A stretch of DNA of 64,000 bases from an uncultured bacterium (GTDB lineage Bacteria > Chloroflexota > UBA5177 > JANWHV01), in contig CAWHAE010000018.1 in NCBI GenBank assembly GCA_963827235.1, forward strand, positions 424,078 through 488,077. The letters are read 5' to 3'. Within the stretch, counting starts at the first letter, position 1, and the number at the start of each line of letters is the position of its first letter. Of this stretch, positions 1-10,511 are shown one piece after another. The position numbers were made by a program, and so were the translations under genes. The notes under the pieces were generated by a model that searched no databases, was not told the origin of the DNA, and saw only the letters and a program-made list of their open reading frames with translations.

Positions 1-1549
1 GAATGATCTGCTGCACGAGCGGAACCGGCGTCGAGGTGGGCACGATCGTCATGGTCGACGTGGCAGACGGTGTGACGGTGCTGGTGGCCGTCGTGACCGC
101 CGTCGCCGTGGCCGTGTCGGTCACCGTCGGCGTGGGCGCGGCAGGCAGGGGCGCGGTGAGCACCCACTTGAAGTACGGATAGCTCTGGCCGTCGTCGATG
201 TTCCAGGTTGAGGTCAGGTCCCAGCCCGCAGCCGTGTAGGTGCTCTTGGCAATCATGTCGCTCGTGCGGTCGCCCACGCCGATAGTGCCATAGGCACAGC
301 CGCAAGCGGTGAAATCGAAGAAGCTGGGGACCGTGTTGTCCACGGAGCTGTTGACCTTGCGGCCGATCAACCCGCCGATGTAATCGGACGTGTCGCTGCC
401 CGTCACGGCGCCGGCGCTGTACGTCTCGCTGATCGTGCCTATGGTGGTGCCGAGGTTGTCTTCTCTGCCCACCAGTCCGCCGATGCTGGAGTGCGTGCCC
501 CCGGTTACCGATCCCACGTGGTACGACCTGCTGATCGGTGCTCCGGAATAACCGACCAGCCCGCCGGCGCTCGCCGAATCCACCGGATAGCTGATCGTAC
601 CCGTGCTGTAGGACTGGCTGATCGCCGTCTCGCTCGTGCCTATGAGGCCGCCGAGCGTGCCGCCGCTGGCCTGGCCGGTCACCGATCCCGTGTTGTAGGA
701 GCGAGTCAGCGCGCTGGGGGAATGACTCGAGCCCAACAGCCCGCCGGCAGCGCTGCCGGAGGCTACCACAGGCCCGCTGTTGTAGCTCTGGTCCACGGAT
801 CCGCTCACGAGAATCCCCACGAGGCCGCCGACGTAAGAGCTCGCGGCAGTTCCCGTGACGGGGCCGGTGTTGTAGGACTGCGCGATCGTTCCACTCTGGC
901 TGGCGCCGGCAAGACCGCCGACCCTAGCCGCCGTACCGATGATAGCGGCAGTGTTATGGGATCCCGTTATGGAGCCGGAGTTCGTGCCGATCAAGCCTCC
1001 CAGGTTGGAGCCGCTCGAGGCGCTCACGGTCCCCGCGACGTCGACCCCGCTCACCGATCCCTTGCTCATGCCCGCCAATCCGCCAACGGTCATGTTCGAT
1101 CCGCCGGCAACGGAAATGCCGGTGAGGTGGAGGTTTTCCACCGTGGCCGTCGTGTCGAGAGCACCAAACAGCCCGATCGGGTTGGAGGTGGACTGCGCGA
1201 TCGAGAGATTGGCGATCGTATGGCCCTGCCCGTCGAACGTGCCGGTGAACGGCGTCGAGGCCGTCTGCCCGATCGGCGCGAAGGGCGTGCCGAGCGCCGC
1301 CAGGTCGATGTCGTTCTGCAGACAGTAGTAGCCCGCGAGCGCCGCAGTGCTCAGTCCTATTGACTGGAGCTGCAGTGCCGTGCTGATCTGCGTGCAGACC
1401 ACCGCCTGTCGCTGGCGCGCCACGCTTCCGTGGGCAGCCGGCGCCGGCGCCAGCACGCCCACCGCTATCGCACACGCCGCGCCGGCGCGGATAAGCCTTC
1501 GGGTGCCACGCGTTGTCCGCGGCAGATACGGATCAGTTCGGCCGCCCAT
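1..1549 (-). CDS. Secreted GLUG-motif repeat protein with Thr/Pro-rich linker; 3' end runs off the window
   Basis: Not in the ORF track (no stop in window). Manual translation from ATG 1549 (G-rich RBS upstream): signal-like hydrophobic stretch, YYCLQNDIDL...PFTGTFDGQGHTIANL, many GGLVG/GGLIG...SYNTGxV repeats, then TYTAAGWDLTSTW and PTPTVTDTATAT linker. Confidence 0.85.
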   Translation of the reverse strand, partial: MGGRTDPYLPRTTRGTRRLIRAGAACAIAVGVLAPAPAAHGSVARQRQAVVCTQISTALQLQSIGLSTAALAGYYCLQNDIDLAALGTPFAPIGQTASTPFTGTFDGQGHTIANLSIAQSTSNPIGLFGALDTTATVENLHLTGISVAGGSNMTVGGLAGMSKGSVSGVDVAGTVSASSGSNLGGLIGTNSGSITGSHNTAAIIGTAARVGGLAGASQSGTIAQSYNTGPVTGTAASSYVGGLVGILVSGSVDQSYNSGPVVASGSAAGGLLGSSHSPSALTRSYNTGSVTGQASGGTLGGLIGTSETAISQSYSTGTISYPVDSASAGGLVGYSGAPISRSYHVGSVTGGTHSSIGGLVGREDNLGTTIGTISETYSAGAVTGSDTSDYIGGLIGRKVNSSVDNTVPSFFDFTACGCAYGTIGVGDRTSDMIAKSTYTAAGWDLTSTWNIDDGQSYPYFKWVLTAPLPAAPTPTVTDTATATAVTTATSTVTPSATSTMTIVPTSTPVPLVQQII

Positions 1550-1613
1550 ATACCCCCCAGTCCCTACGCAGTTGACCGCTCCGGTCCGGCCCTTGCCGGA
1601 CGAAACGGGCCGA

Positions 1614-2741
1614 TCAATACCCCTTCTTGATCGTCAGCGACGCGCTGTACATCCGTTGCAGAATCGGTGCTTCTGCCTTGGCTGAGATGAAGTGCGGTTG
1701 GGCCCAATCCTCGATCAGCACCGGACGGTAGCGGACCGAAACCAGCTTCGTGCCATAAAACGTGTACGTCCCCACCACACCCTGCTGCGTGTCCGCGCGC
1801 CCGAGGCTGAGCTGGTCGAAGACGAAGTTCCCGGACGCATACGAGATGTACTTGCCTTTGTAAATCTCCACTCCCTGCACGACATGCGGATGGTTGCCCA
1901 CGATCAGATCGGCCCCGGCGTCCACGGCAAGGTGGGCGAGCATGCGCGGATCCTGGTCCGCCACGCCCGGCGCTACCTGGGGCAGAGGCGTGTATTCCAA
2001 GCCCCAGTGCATGGAGACGATCACCACGCTTGCCCTTTTGCGGGCGCCCTTGATCTCCCGCACCATCTCCTTCGTGTCGACCTGAGCCTCTACGGCGTTG
2101 AATCCCAGAAAGGCAAATACCACGCCCTTGACCTGCTTGTACACCGTGTGACCATAGCCGTCCCAGGCGATGCCGTTCGCCGTCAGCAGCTTCTCCGTGT
2201 CATGTATACCGTCTTCCCCGTAGTTGCCGATGTGGTTATTTGCCAGGTTGGCGACGTCGACACCGGCCAGCTTGAGCCCCTCAACTGCTCGCTGGTCTCC
2301 GCAGAACGTCATTCCCGTCTCGGTCGGCTGACAGCCCGGGATCAGCGGGGACTCCAGATTTATCAGCGTCAGGTCCGCCGCACGCGTGTACTTGTACGTC
2401 CTGAGGAACGGGTAGGTGAAGTCGTTCCGCTGGGTCATCACGTAGTTCACCATGCGTGCCGGGATGATGTCGCCGGTAGTCCTTATCGTGATCAGCTTGC
2501 GCGTATCCAGGCCGGCCAGCGACGGCGCGCGTGCCGCGAACACGCCGGACAGAGTGACCACCGGCAACTTCACGGGGTGAGACGTGCCGGCGCGCTTGCG
2601 GGCCGGCACCGGGGTCGCGACCGGCTTGGCGGTCGTTGAGATGCGCTCGCCAAACAACCCGATCACGCCGCGTGGAGCATCGGTAGCCCGGGGCTGAATG
2701 AGCAGCAGCAACAGTGCAAAGATGATGGCGAGCCGACGCAA
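1614..2741 (-). CDS. CapA-family (PGA_cap) metallophosphatase-fold protein, N-terminal signal/anchor
   Basis: TGDII, INLESP, NLANNH, SMHWG, GNHPHVVQ and SGNFVFDQ motifs typical of CapA/YwtB family. Confidence 0.9.
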   Translation of the reverse strand: MRRLAIIFALLLLLIQPRATDAPRGVIGLFGERISTTAKPVATPVPARKRAGTSHPVKLPVVTLSGVFAARAPSLAGLDTRKLITIRTTGDIIPARMVNYVMTQRNDFTYPFLRTYKYTRAADLTLINLESPLIPGCQPTETGMTFCGDQRAVEGLKLAGVDVANLANNHIGNYGEDGIHDTEKLLTANGIAWDGYGHTVYKQVKGVVFAFLGFNAVEAQVDTKEMVREIKGARKRASVVIVSMHWGLEYTPLPQVAPGVADQDPRMLAHLAVDAGADLIVGNHPHVVQGVEIYKGKYISYASGNFVFDQLSLGRADTQQGVVGTYTFYGTKLVSVRYRPVLIEDWAQPHFISAKAEAPILQRMYSASLTIKKGY

Positions 2742-2780
2742 CCGTTCCCCCTCCTTGAACGGCGCCTCCAGGCGCTCCTC

Positions 2781-4241
2781 TCAGTACACGAGCACGGTCG
2801 TACCCACGGGCGCCCAGTTCCACAGCCATACCATGTCGGACAGCGGGATGTTGACGCAGCCGTGGCTGCCGACCGGCTCGCCCGGATCCGTCGAGTAGTG
2901 CGGAAGGTTCGTGCCAGGGCCGTAGACGCTGCGCCACGGCGAGTCGTGCAGGCCGTAACCCTGGAAGAACGGCATCCAGTAGCGAACCGGACTCGGTGGG
3001 TAATAGAACGGAGACCCCGCCGGCCAGGGGGAGATGAAGGTGAACGGAGTCTGCTTGAGATAGACATGAAAAACGCCGTGCACGGTCGGCAGCTCAGGCC
3101 GGCCGGTCGTGACGTAGTTTTCGTGCACGAGCACGCCGTGATCGAACTCGCGAAGCACCTGGCCCTCGGTAGAGACGACGATCACCTTGTCGGGGACGCT
3201 GCTGAAATACTTGCTCAGGTCCACGGGCGGATCGATGGGCGTGGCCAGCCGATCGAACCCGCCGGCCGTAAGACCAAGCGGTCCGGGGCGAAGCACGAAG
3301 GTGGTGCGCGCCGTACGCTCGTCCAACCCGCTCGCCACCTGCACGGTGACCTTCGTGACGCCTTGGTGCTTGATCACGAGGAGCAACGGCGTCGAGTAGA
3401 CCCAGCGCCCGTACTTGTCCGCCACGCCCGTGCCGGACAGCACGACTGTGCTGGTGACAGCCATCGTCAGCTTGATCGCGGCGCCGGGCTTGGTAGAGAC
3501 GAATACGCGAATACCGTCCCCCGCCCGCACGGAGCGAGTAGTCGTGGACACGAAGAGGACCAGCGGCGGCCGAGGAGTGAGGTCAAAGCGCGCCGTGCGC
3601 ATGCGCGACCCGTTCACTGTCGTGACGGTCACCGCGGCGGTCGCCTCGATCGTGGTTTTCGGCAGTACCGTATCAAGCATGTCGATCACGGACCGCCCCT
3701 GGGAGTCCGCGGTGCCGGAGCCGGTGCCGACGATACTACCCGCGCTCGTTCTGACCGAGTAGGTGAAGCCTGCATTCGGCGCCGTGCTGACGAACAGCCC
3801 AACTGGCGTGCCGGCCTCGAAACGCGCGTGAACGGCCTGCACGAAGAGCGGAGGCAGCCGAGGGGCGGATATCGTGAGAGTGCCCTGCCACTGTGCGGAG
3901 CGCGATCCCCGCGCGGCGGCGACACGCATACCGGCCACGCCGGTGAGCGCCGTGCCGCTGGGCACGACCCAGGAGAACACGTAGCGGCCCAGCGTGTCCG
4001 TCGAACCCTTGAAGACACTGGTGAGATTGTCCGCGTAGGCCACGGTCAGCGTCACCGAGGCGAAAGCGCCCGAATGCACGAATACGCTCGCACGGCTGCC
4101 CTGCACGACGGCCCGCTGCAGCGGCGAGACCTGCAGCGTCAGCACTGCACCGGCTGGACCGCCGGTGGCTCCGGCCTGAACGGACGGTAGCGCCCAGAAC
4201 ACCACGACAAACCCCAGCACCCAACGCAACGCACGCGACAT
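2781..4241 (-). CDS. L,D-transpeptidase (YkuD domain) with long beta-rich N-terminal region
   Basis: C-terminal TTGR..PTVHG...GLHD...SHGCVN motif. Start moved to ATG 4241 (GAGGG RBS, signal peptide). Confidence 0.88.
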   Translation of the reverse strand: MSRALRWVLGFVVVFWALPSVQAGATGGPAGAVLTLQVSPLQRAVVQGSRASVFVHSGAFASVTLTVAYADNLTSVFKGSTDTLGRYVFSWVVPSGTALTGVAGMRVAAARGSRSAQWQGTLTISAPRLPPLFVQAVHARFEAGTPVGLFVSTAPNAGFTYSVRTSAGSIVGTGSGTADSQGRSVIDMLDTVLPKTTIEATAAVTVTTVNGSRMRTARFDLTPRPPLVLFVSTTTRSVRAGDGIRVFVSTKPGAAIKLTMAVTSTVVLSGTGVADKYGRWVYSTPLLLVIKHQGVTKVTVQVASGLDERTARTTFVLRPGPLGLTAGGFDRLATPIDPPVDLSKYFSSVPDKVIVVSTEGQVLREFDHGVLVHENYVTTGRPELPTVHGVFHVYLKQTPFTFISPWPAGSPFYYPPSPVRYWMPFFQGYGLHDSPWRSVYGPGTNLPHYSTDPGEPVGSHGCVNIPLSDMVWLWNWAPVGTTVLVY

Positions 4242-4494
4242 TCTGAACAATCCCTCTATCGTTGTCCGCGAGGCATCGAAAGTCGGCCGCCGGAGCACGC
4301 CGTGCTGCAGCCCTCAGCCATTCGCATTGTACCATTCGCCCTGGAAGCGCCGCGCGACGCCCGCGAGGCAGGTGTCCCCCGGCTGCGGGCGACCCATGGC
4401 CCGTCGTCGGCGGCGCGCAACGCCAAGTATGCTATTTCGATTCCGGCCGGAGTGCTCGCCGCGGCGGGCCACGGAGGGAAGCGACGATGTCCGC

Positions 4495-4993
4495 CTACGC
4501 GGTGGGTCGCCTCACCATGGTGTACAGTTCCAGCACCAGCACCAGCGCCACTGCTGCCAGCGCCGCGCTGACCGCCATGAACGCCGAGAACCAGAATGGT
4601 GCCGGAAATGCGTGCTGCAGGAAGGCGAGAAGCATGGAGAAGCTGAACCACACCTGACCGGCAACCAGCAAGGCTGCCCCATAAGCTCCGCAAACCGCCA
4701 TCCAGCGGCGTTGGGCGTCCAGCGCGGTGGCACAGGTGGCCAGGGGCGAGAGCATGAATGCCGTGCCGCCCATGCCCATGGCGAGCCCTTCCAGCCAGCC
4801 GATCGGCCCGAGCGACCCCATGCGGATTACGACCACGAAGTACAACACGAAGCTCGAGGGCAAGCAGAATGGAGGTCACCCGGATCGCCGAGTACGCGCG
4901 GGCCAATCCCTGGTGCTCGGGGGCGACCTTCCGAGGCCACCAGATATCCAGGGGCACGCCAATAATCCAGCCGATCAACACGGGGATCATCAT
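4495..4993 (-). CDS. Hypothetical multi-pass membrane protein, apparently frameshifted near 4858-4860
   Basis: ATG 4993 overlaps the upstream TGA (ATGA) with AGGAG RBS. Hydrophobic MMIPVLIGWIIG.. joins hydrophobic SSFVLYFVVV.. if one C is removed from GCCC. Confidence 0.55.
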
Positions 4994-6379
4994 GGTATTT
5001 CTCCTATGAGGTCGTCGACGAACTGTCGGGCGGATCTGCAGGATCGCCCGCTGTGCCACAGGGCCCACTGGATGGCTCTGCGCCGGATCTCATCGCCCGG
5101 CAACGCGACGCCATGCGACAACGCCAGGGAGGTCGCGATCGTCACGTAGCGCTCCTGATCGGGCGACGGGAAGGCAACCTGAAGGCCGAAGCGGTCGGCC
5201 AGGGACAGCTTCTCTTCCATGGTGTCGCGCGGACGTAGCTCGCCGGCGCTCGCCGCCTCGCGATCGGAGAACCGCTCGTTCACCAGGTGGCGGCGATTCG
5301 TAGTCACGTAGAGCACGACATTCTGCGGCCACGCCTCGATCCGGCCTTCGAGCGCGGACTTTAGCGACTTGTATTCGGTCTCCTGCTCCTCGAAGGACAG
5401 GTCGTCCACAAAGAGGATGAATCGCTGCGGATGGTCCCGCAGCAGGCCCAGGACCCTGCGAAGGTCGTTCAGGTCGATCTTTGCTCAGCTCGACCAGCCG
5501 CAAGCCCCGCGCGGCGTACGCATGCAGCAGCGCCTTGACCGTGGACGATTTGCCCGTGCCCCGCTCGCCATAGATCAGACAGTGCTGCGCGGGCAGGCCG
5601 GCAACGAAGCGCTCCGTGTTGCGAAGGAGCGGCGCCCGCTCGGCGTCGTAGGCAACCAGGTCGTCCAAGCGGACCGGATCCGGATGGAGCTGCGCCTCCA
5701 GGCTGCCGCCACCGGCAGCGATCCAGCGCGCGGCACGATGGCGAGAGAAGAGCCCGAGCCCGTGCCTGTGCCAGTGGCCGCCCAGGTCCTCCGCGAGGGC
5801 GCCCCAGTCGAGCGCCGTGCTGAGCCGCGTTGCCATGGCGAGTCGCGGCTCGTCGCCGGACGCAGGCTCGGCTAGCTCGCGCCAGGGCGCCAGCGCCTCG
5901 GCCAGGTCGACGCCTGCAAGCTGGACCACGGCGTCGCGAAGCGCCTCCGCGCCGAGCGAGTAGAGCCACTGCAGACCACGCAGATCGCGTCGTGCCTGAT
6001 CCAGCAGCGACGACGGAGCGGCCTCGAACCCGGCTCGCTCGACCAGCTCGCTGAACGGATTCCGGCAATCGATCACGCGCCAGAGAAGCTGCGATTGCCA
6101 GGCATCGGCACCCGGTACCGCCGGCGCAGCGGCTTCGGCGAGCAGTGCAAACACCCGAGCGTACGCCGCCGCGATGACGCTGCCCCGGACCGGCGTCTCC
6201 GCCAATCCACCTTCGGCCACCGGCCGGGCGTCGAGGTACTCCAGCAGGCGCAGGAACGCCTGGCTCACCTCGTCGTCCAGCACCTGGCGAAACACCGTGA
6301 CCGCCGACGCCCGGCGTCTGGCCGATCGGATCTGCTTGCCCAGCAGGGCCTGCAGAGATAGCTCTTTCGATCCGATCAT
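4990..6379 (-). CDS. DUF815-family AAA+ ATPase, frameshifted at 5480-5482
   Basis: Walker A GERGTGKS in ORF 5090-6379; ILFVDDL, TTNRRHL and EEKLSLADRFGL in the other frame. Removing one A gives continuous ELSKIDLNDLRRVL. Confidence 0.85.
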
Positions 6380-6483
6380 CGGTCCACGATCCCCGCTGGG
6401 AACCCCATGTCGCTACGATGCACGAACCCACTTCCTCCTGAGCGCCTCGGCCCGACGCCGTGTGCCGGTGCCGCACTCGTCAT

Positions 6484-8004
6484 CTACGCCAGCCCATAGA
6501 TTGTGCCGAATTTCTCACGCAAATAGCGAATGTACGGCTCGGTCGACAGCGGCACGCCCGTCGCTCGCAGCACGAGATCGGCCGCATCGTACTTCCGGCC
6601 GTGCCGGTGGATATTGGCGCGCAGCCAGTCAAGAAGCGGCGTAAACTGCCCGCTCCGGATCAGCCCAGGAAGGTCCGGAAGAACGCGGTTGACGGTCTCC
6701 CAGATCTGCGCCGCCACGATATTGCCCAGGGCGTAGCCCTGGAAATGGCCGAAACCGGTCGTCCAGTGGACGTCCTGCAGAATACCAAGGCCGTGATTGG
6801 GCGGCGTGATGCCGAGATAGTCGCGCATGGCGGCATTCCAGGCTTCCGGCGCCTCGGACACACCGACACTCCCGTCGAAGAGAGCCAGCTCGAGGTCGAA
6901 GCGCAGCATGATGTGCAGGCAGTAGGTCACCTCGTCGGCCTCTATGCGAATGTACGACGGCTGCACGCGGTTAATCGCGCGGTAGAAAGCCGCTACGTCG
7001 ACATCGGCCAGCACGTCCGGATAGGCGGCCTGAACGGTTGGGTAGTAGTGCTGCCAAAACGGGAGCCCACGGCCGACGAAGTTTTCCCACAGGCGTGACT
7101 GGCTCTCGTGCACACCCGAGGAGAGATCGGTATCCAGCAGCGTGCGGTCGATGGACGGATCCAACCCCTGCTCGTACAGGGCATGCCCGGTCTCGTGGAT
7201 GGTGCCCATGAGGGACACCGTGAGATCGCGCTCGTCGTATCGCGTGGTGATGCGGACGTCGTCTCGCCCCATGCCGGTCATGAAAGGATGCACGGTGCGG
7301 TCCAGGGCACCTCTGCCGAAATCGTAGCCGATTCTCGCCGCCACGTCGCGGCACAAGCTCTCCTGCACGCTCTCCTCGAACCGCCGGTGCAGTGGCGAGT
7401 CGTCGACGCCGTCCGCGCTCCCCGCAATCCGTCGCACGAGGTCGACGAGCGGCGGCCGCAGGTCGGCGAAAATCGCCTTCATGCCGGCTGCCGTCACACC
7501 CGGATCGTCCTCCTCGAGCAGGGCGTCGAACGGCTGCCGCTCGTAGCCGAGCGACTCGGCGAGACGGCGGTCCAGGTCGATGTTCTTCTGCAGCCAGGGC
7601 GCGAAAAGCTCGAAGCGGTTCTCGCGCTTCGCCGTTTCCCAGGCAGCGTTGGCAAGCGTGTGCACCCTGGCTCGTTCGGCGACGAGCTCGCGAGGCACCC
7701 GCGTGGCGCGGCGATAGTCCCGCAGTGTGACGCGTACCATGTTGAAGTCGACGGAATCGGGGCCCAGGCCCGCAACCTCCTCCTCCGCCGCGGAAAGCAG
7801 CTCGCCCATGCGGGACGACGTGAGGCGCGCGTGGGCGATGCTCCCGAGCACCGCCATGGACTCAGCCCGAGCGGGCGCCCCACCTGCGGGCATGTGGGTC
7901 AGCTCGTCCCAGCCGAGGACGCCAAGTGCTCGCCGGATGTCGGCCAGCTCCCGCAGCTCCGCCTTGAGCTGATTGAGCACACTCATTGAGAGTGGATCAG
8001 CCAT
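6484..8004 (-). CDS. M32-family (Taq-like) metallocarboxypeptidase
   Basis: HPF, HETGH (HEXXH), HESQ, IRIEADE and QDVHW motifs; about 500 aa. Confidence 0.95.
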   Translation of the reverse strand: MADPLSMSVLNQLKAELRELADIRRALGVLGWDELTHMPAGGAPARAESMAVLGSIAHARLTSSRMGELLSAAEEEVAGLGPDSVDFNMVRVTLRDYRRATRVPRELVAERARVHTLANAAWETAKRENRFELFAPWLQKNIDLDRRLAESLGYERQPFDALLEEDDPGVTAAGMKAIFADLRPPLVDLVRRIAGSADGVDDSPLHRRFEESVQESLCRDVAARIGYDFGRGALDRTVHPFMTGMGRDDVRITTRYDERDLTVSLMGTIHETGHALYEQGLDPSIDRTLLDTDLSSGVHESQSRLWENFVGRGLPFWQHYYPTVQAAYPDVLADVDVAAFYRAINRVQPSYIRIEADEVTYCLHIMLRFDLELALFDGSVGVSEAPEAWNAAMRDYLGITPPNHGLGILQDVHWTTGFGHFQGYALGNIVAAQIWETVNRVLPDLPGLIRSGQFTPLLDWLRANIHRHGRKYDAADLVLRATGVPLSTEPYIRYLREKFGTIYGLA

Positions 8005-8037
8005 ACTGGTCTCCTTGGATTCAAGAGTTCGTATCGT

Positions 8038-9411
8038 TCAGGACCTCAGTCTTGGCGCCGCGCTGGTCGACACGCGGTTCAAATTGAGGATCTCTTGCTG
8101 GACCGTTCGATCGGCCGTCTTCCAGCCTATCAGGAGCAGCGTGATCGTGAGCAGTCCAACCAGAAGAGCGAGATACTGGCTGCCGGGGATGAACCCAAAC
8201 GCGAACAGGAACGCGAAGGTGGCAGGCAGCAGCATCCACTCTACTCGCTGTACGTGCATCTGGATGACCGCGTTCTCGACCTTCGTCACTTCTACTTCGC
8301 GCCTGCGCTCGGGACGGCGCGCGAACGCGGTGGCAGCGAAGGTTATCCAGGGCAGCAGGGCCCACACCGTGGACATGCCGGCGAACGATGGCAAGGCGAC
8401 AAAGCCGAGAAATGCGGCCAGGCAGGCACCCGCGATCAGATAGCTTCTCAGAGCGCGTCGATACAATCCGCTTGCCACGCCCAGGGCGACGAGGTCGACG
8501 AGTGCGAACTGCTTGCTCACCGCGGCAGCGTCCTGCGGCCGTTGCTCGGGCACGACCTGCACGAGGGCGCCGACCAGCTGCTCCAGCTCCGGACTCACGT
8601 CGGGCTCCAGCTCGCGGACGAACGGATGGCGAAACGGCGGCTCGTGCTCCGCATCGTATCCGGTCAACATATAGTGCACGGTGGCGCCCAGCGCGTAGAG
8701 ATCGCTGCGCTCGTCGGCGAGCCCGTGATATTGTTCGGGCGGAGCGTAGCCCGGCGTGCCGATGGCCGTTCCGGGCAAGCCCCGCTGCAGAGGACGCGCC
8801 ACGCCCAGGTCGAGCAGCATCAGCTTCATGTCCGGCAGTATGAGGATGTTGTCCGGCTTGAGGTCGCGATGGATGATCGGCGGATCCTGGCTGTGCAGAT
8901 AGGCCAGCACGTCGGCCAACACGCAGGCCCAGCGCACCACGTAGTCCTCGCGCAGAGGCCCCTCGGAGATCACCAGCTCCTTGACCGTCCGCCCTTCCAG
9001 GAACGGCATCACCACGAAATGCTCGTCACCCTCGCTGAAGGCGGCAAGCAGCTCAGGGAGGTGAGGGTTCTTCAGAGACGACAGCAGCCCGGCCTCTCTG
9101 GCCAGCCAACTACGGGACTCTTGCTGCTCCTCGGCCGAGAGGCCGGCCACTGATACCTGCTTCACGGCAACCGTGCCGAGCTGCTCGCGAAGGTCCGTGG
9201 CTCGGTAGAGCGTGCTCATGCCCGAGCGATGAGTGACCATGTCGATGCGGAAGCGGCCGCCCAGAATGGTGCCCTGCGGCAGCACGCGCCCCTCGGCCCG
9301 CATGGTCAGAGGCGCTGCCACCGGACAGGCCATGCCCGGCGCGTGATACAGTCCGCAGTTGGGGCACGGGGCGACAACGTACCCCGGCTGCTGCATCGCG
9401 ATGCTCGTCAT
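8038..9411 (-). CDS. Hanks-type Ser/Thr protein kinase with N-terminal Cys/His motif and C-terminal transmembrane helices
   Basis: VAVK, HRDLKPDN, DLG, GTPGYAPPE, SDLYALG; CPNCGLYH..C at the N-terminus; about four hydrophobic segments at the C-terminus. Start 9411 is a choice within ORF 8038-9474. Confidence 0.9.
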   Translation of the reverse strand: MTSIAMQQPGYVVAPCPNCGLYHAPGMACPVAAPLTMRAEGRVLPQGTILGGRFRIDMVTHRSGMSTLYRATDLREQLGTVAVKQVSVAGLSAEEQQESRSWLAREAGLLSSLKNPHLPELLAAFSEGDEHFVVMPFLEGRTVKELVISEGPLREDYVVRWACVLADVLAYLHSQDPPIIHRDLKPDNILILPDMKLMLLDLGVARPLQRGLPGTAIGTPGYAPPEQYHGLADERSDLYALGATVHYMLTGYDAEHEPPFRHPFVRELEPDVSPELEQLVGALVQVVPEQRPQDAAAVSKQFALVDLVALGVASGLYRRALRSYLIAGACLAAFLGFVALPSFAGMSTVWALLPWITFAATAFARRPERRREVEVTKVENAVIQMHVQRVEWMLLPATFAFLFAFGFIPGSQYLALLVGLLTITLLLIGWKTADRTVQQEILNLNRVSTSAAPRLRS

Positions 9412-9547
9412 GGCTTCACGCTCAACATATGGGGAGCGTAGCAGATCTACACTGCGAAGGGCGTCCAAGACCATGCATGTGCTACCATACCATCATGCTG
9501 AACAGACATTATTCTGCGAGCGCCGTCGGGTGTCCCGGGCCGGCCTC

Positions 9548-10444
9548 GTGCCGGTAGCCGGCGAGGACCAGGCGGCAGCGATCGTGGAGGCAACGGACCT
9601 GCTCGTACTCGCCGAGGCTGCGGCGTATGCGGCGGGTGCCGTGCTCCGCGAGAAGCTGGCCACCCCGCGCGAGATCTCATTCAAGAAGGGCCCCTCGGAC
9701 CTGGTCACCGATGGCGACAAGGCATCGGAAGCTATCGTGACCGCCAGAATTAGGGATAGTTTCCCCGAACACCGCATCCTGGCCGAGGAGGGTACGGTAG
9801 GTGCCGAATCCTCGCCCTATCGCTGGATCATCGATCCCGTCGATGGAACCACTAACTTCGCGCACGGTATCCCCGCCTTCGCCGTGTCGATCGGGGTCGA
9901 GCGCGACGGACAGCTACTGGCCGGCGTCGTCTACAATCCTGCCACCGAAGAGTTGTTCGCGGCCGCACGCGGAGCCGGCGCCACGCTCAACGGCCGTCCG
10001 ATCGCGGTGAGCGGCATCGAGCGCCCCGAAGCGGCCCTCGCCGGATGCGGCGTGAACGGCCATCGTTTCAAGGGTCGCCTCGTGACCGCCGGGCAGACCT
10101 TTTCGCGCTTGACGCAGGGCTGCCGTACCACGGGTGCGGCTGCTATCGACCTCTGCTACGTGGCCTGCGGGCGCCTCGACCTCTTCTGCGGACCTTCGCT
10201 GGCGCCCTGGGATGTCGCTGCCGCCGCCCTGATCGTCTCGGAGGCAGGCGGCAAGGTCACCGATTTCGATGGCCAGCCGCACAGGCTCGAGCGGCGCGAC
10301 ATTCTGGCCAGCAACGGCCTGGTGCACCGCTTCGCGCTTGCGGTGGCCCGCGGGGAACTGGTGGGCCGGCGGCGTTTCTCGGTGTCCCTGCGCAAGCTGC
10401 GCCGTCGCCGGGCCCAAGCAGAATCCGCGGACGGGGCGGAGTGA
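9548..10444 (+). CDS. Inositol monophosphatase family protein (SuhB-like)
   Basis: DLVT.GD, ILAEE, WIIDPVDGTTNF and WDVAA motifs. Start uncertain (GTG 9548 or 9584). Confidence 0.9.
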   Translation: MPVAGEDQAAAIVEATDLLVLAEAAAYAAGAVLREKLATPREISFKKGPSDLVTDGDKASEAIVTARIRDSFPEHRILAEEGTVGAESSPYRWIIDPVDGTTNFAHGIPAFAVSIGVERDGQLLAGVVYNPATEELFAAARGAGATLNGRPIAVSGIERPEAALAGCGVNGHRFKGRLVTAGQTFSRLTQGCRTTGAAAIDLCYVACGRLDLFCGPSLAPWDVAAAALIVSEAGGKVTDFDGQPHRLERRDILASNGLVHRFALAVARGELVGRRRFSVSLRKLRRRRAQAESADGAE

Positions 10445-10511
10445 CGCCCCTGTCGCTCAATTGCTGTCGCGGCAGCCTCCGGCCGCGGCTCAAGGCCCCG
10501 CTCGCCCGGCG

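Noticed and set aside
1614-2741. Poly-gamma-glutamate capsule locus
   Set aside because: Only a CapA-domain gene; no capB/capC in the window, and stand-alone CapA domains are widespread.
5476-5482. Programmed ribosomal frameshift in the DUF815 ATPase (also considered for modA and the OppA-like gene)
   Set aside because: No slippery heptamer or stimulatory structure, and similar shifts recur in unrelated genes, which points to sequence error.
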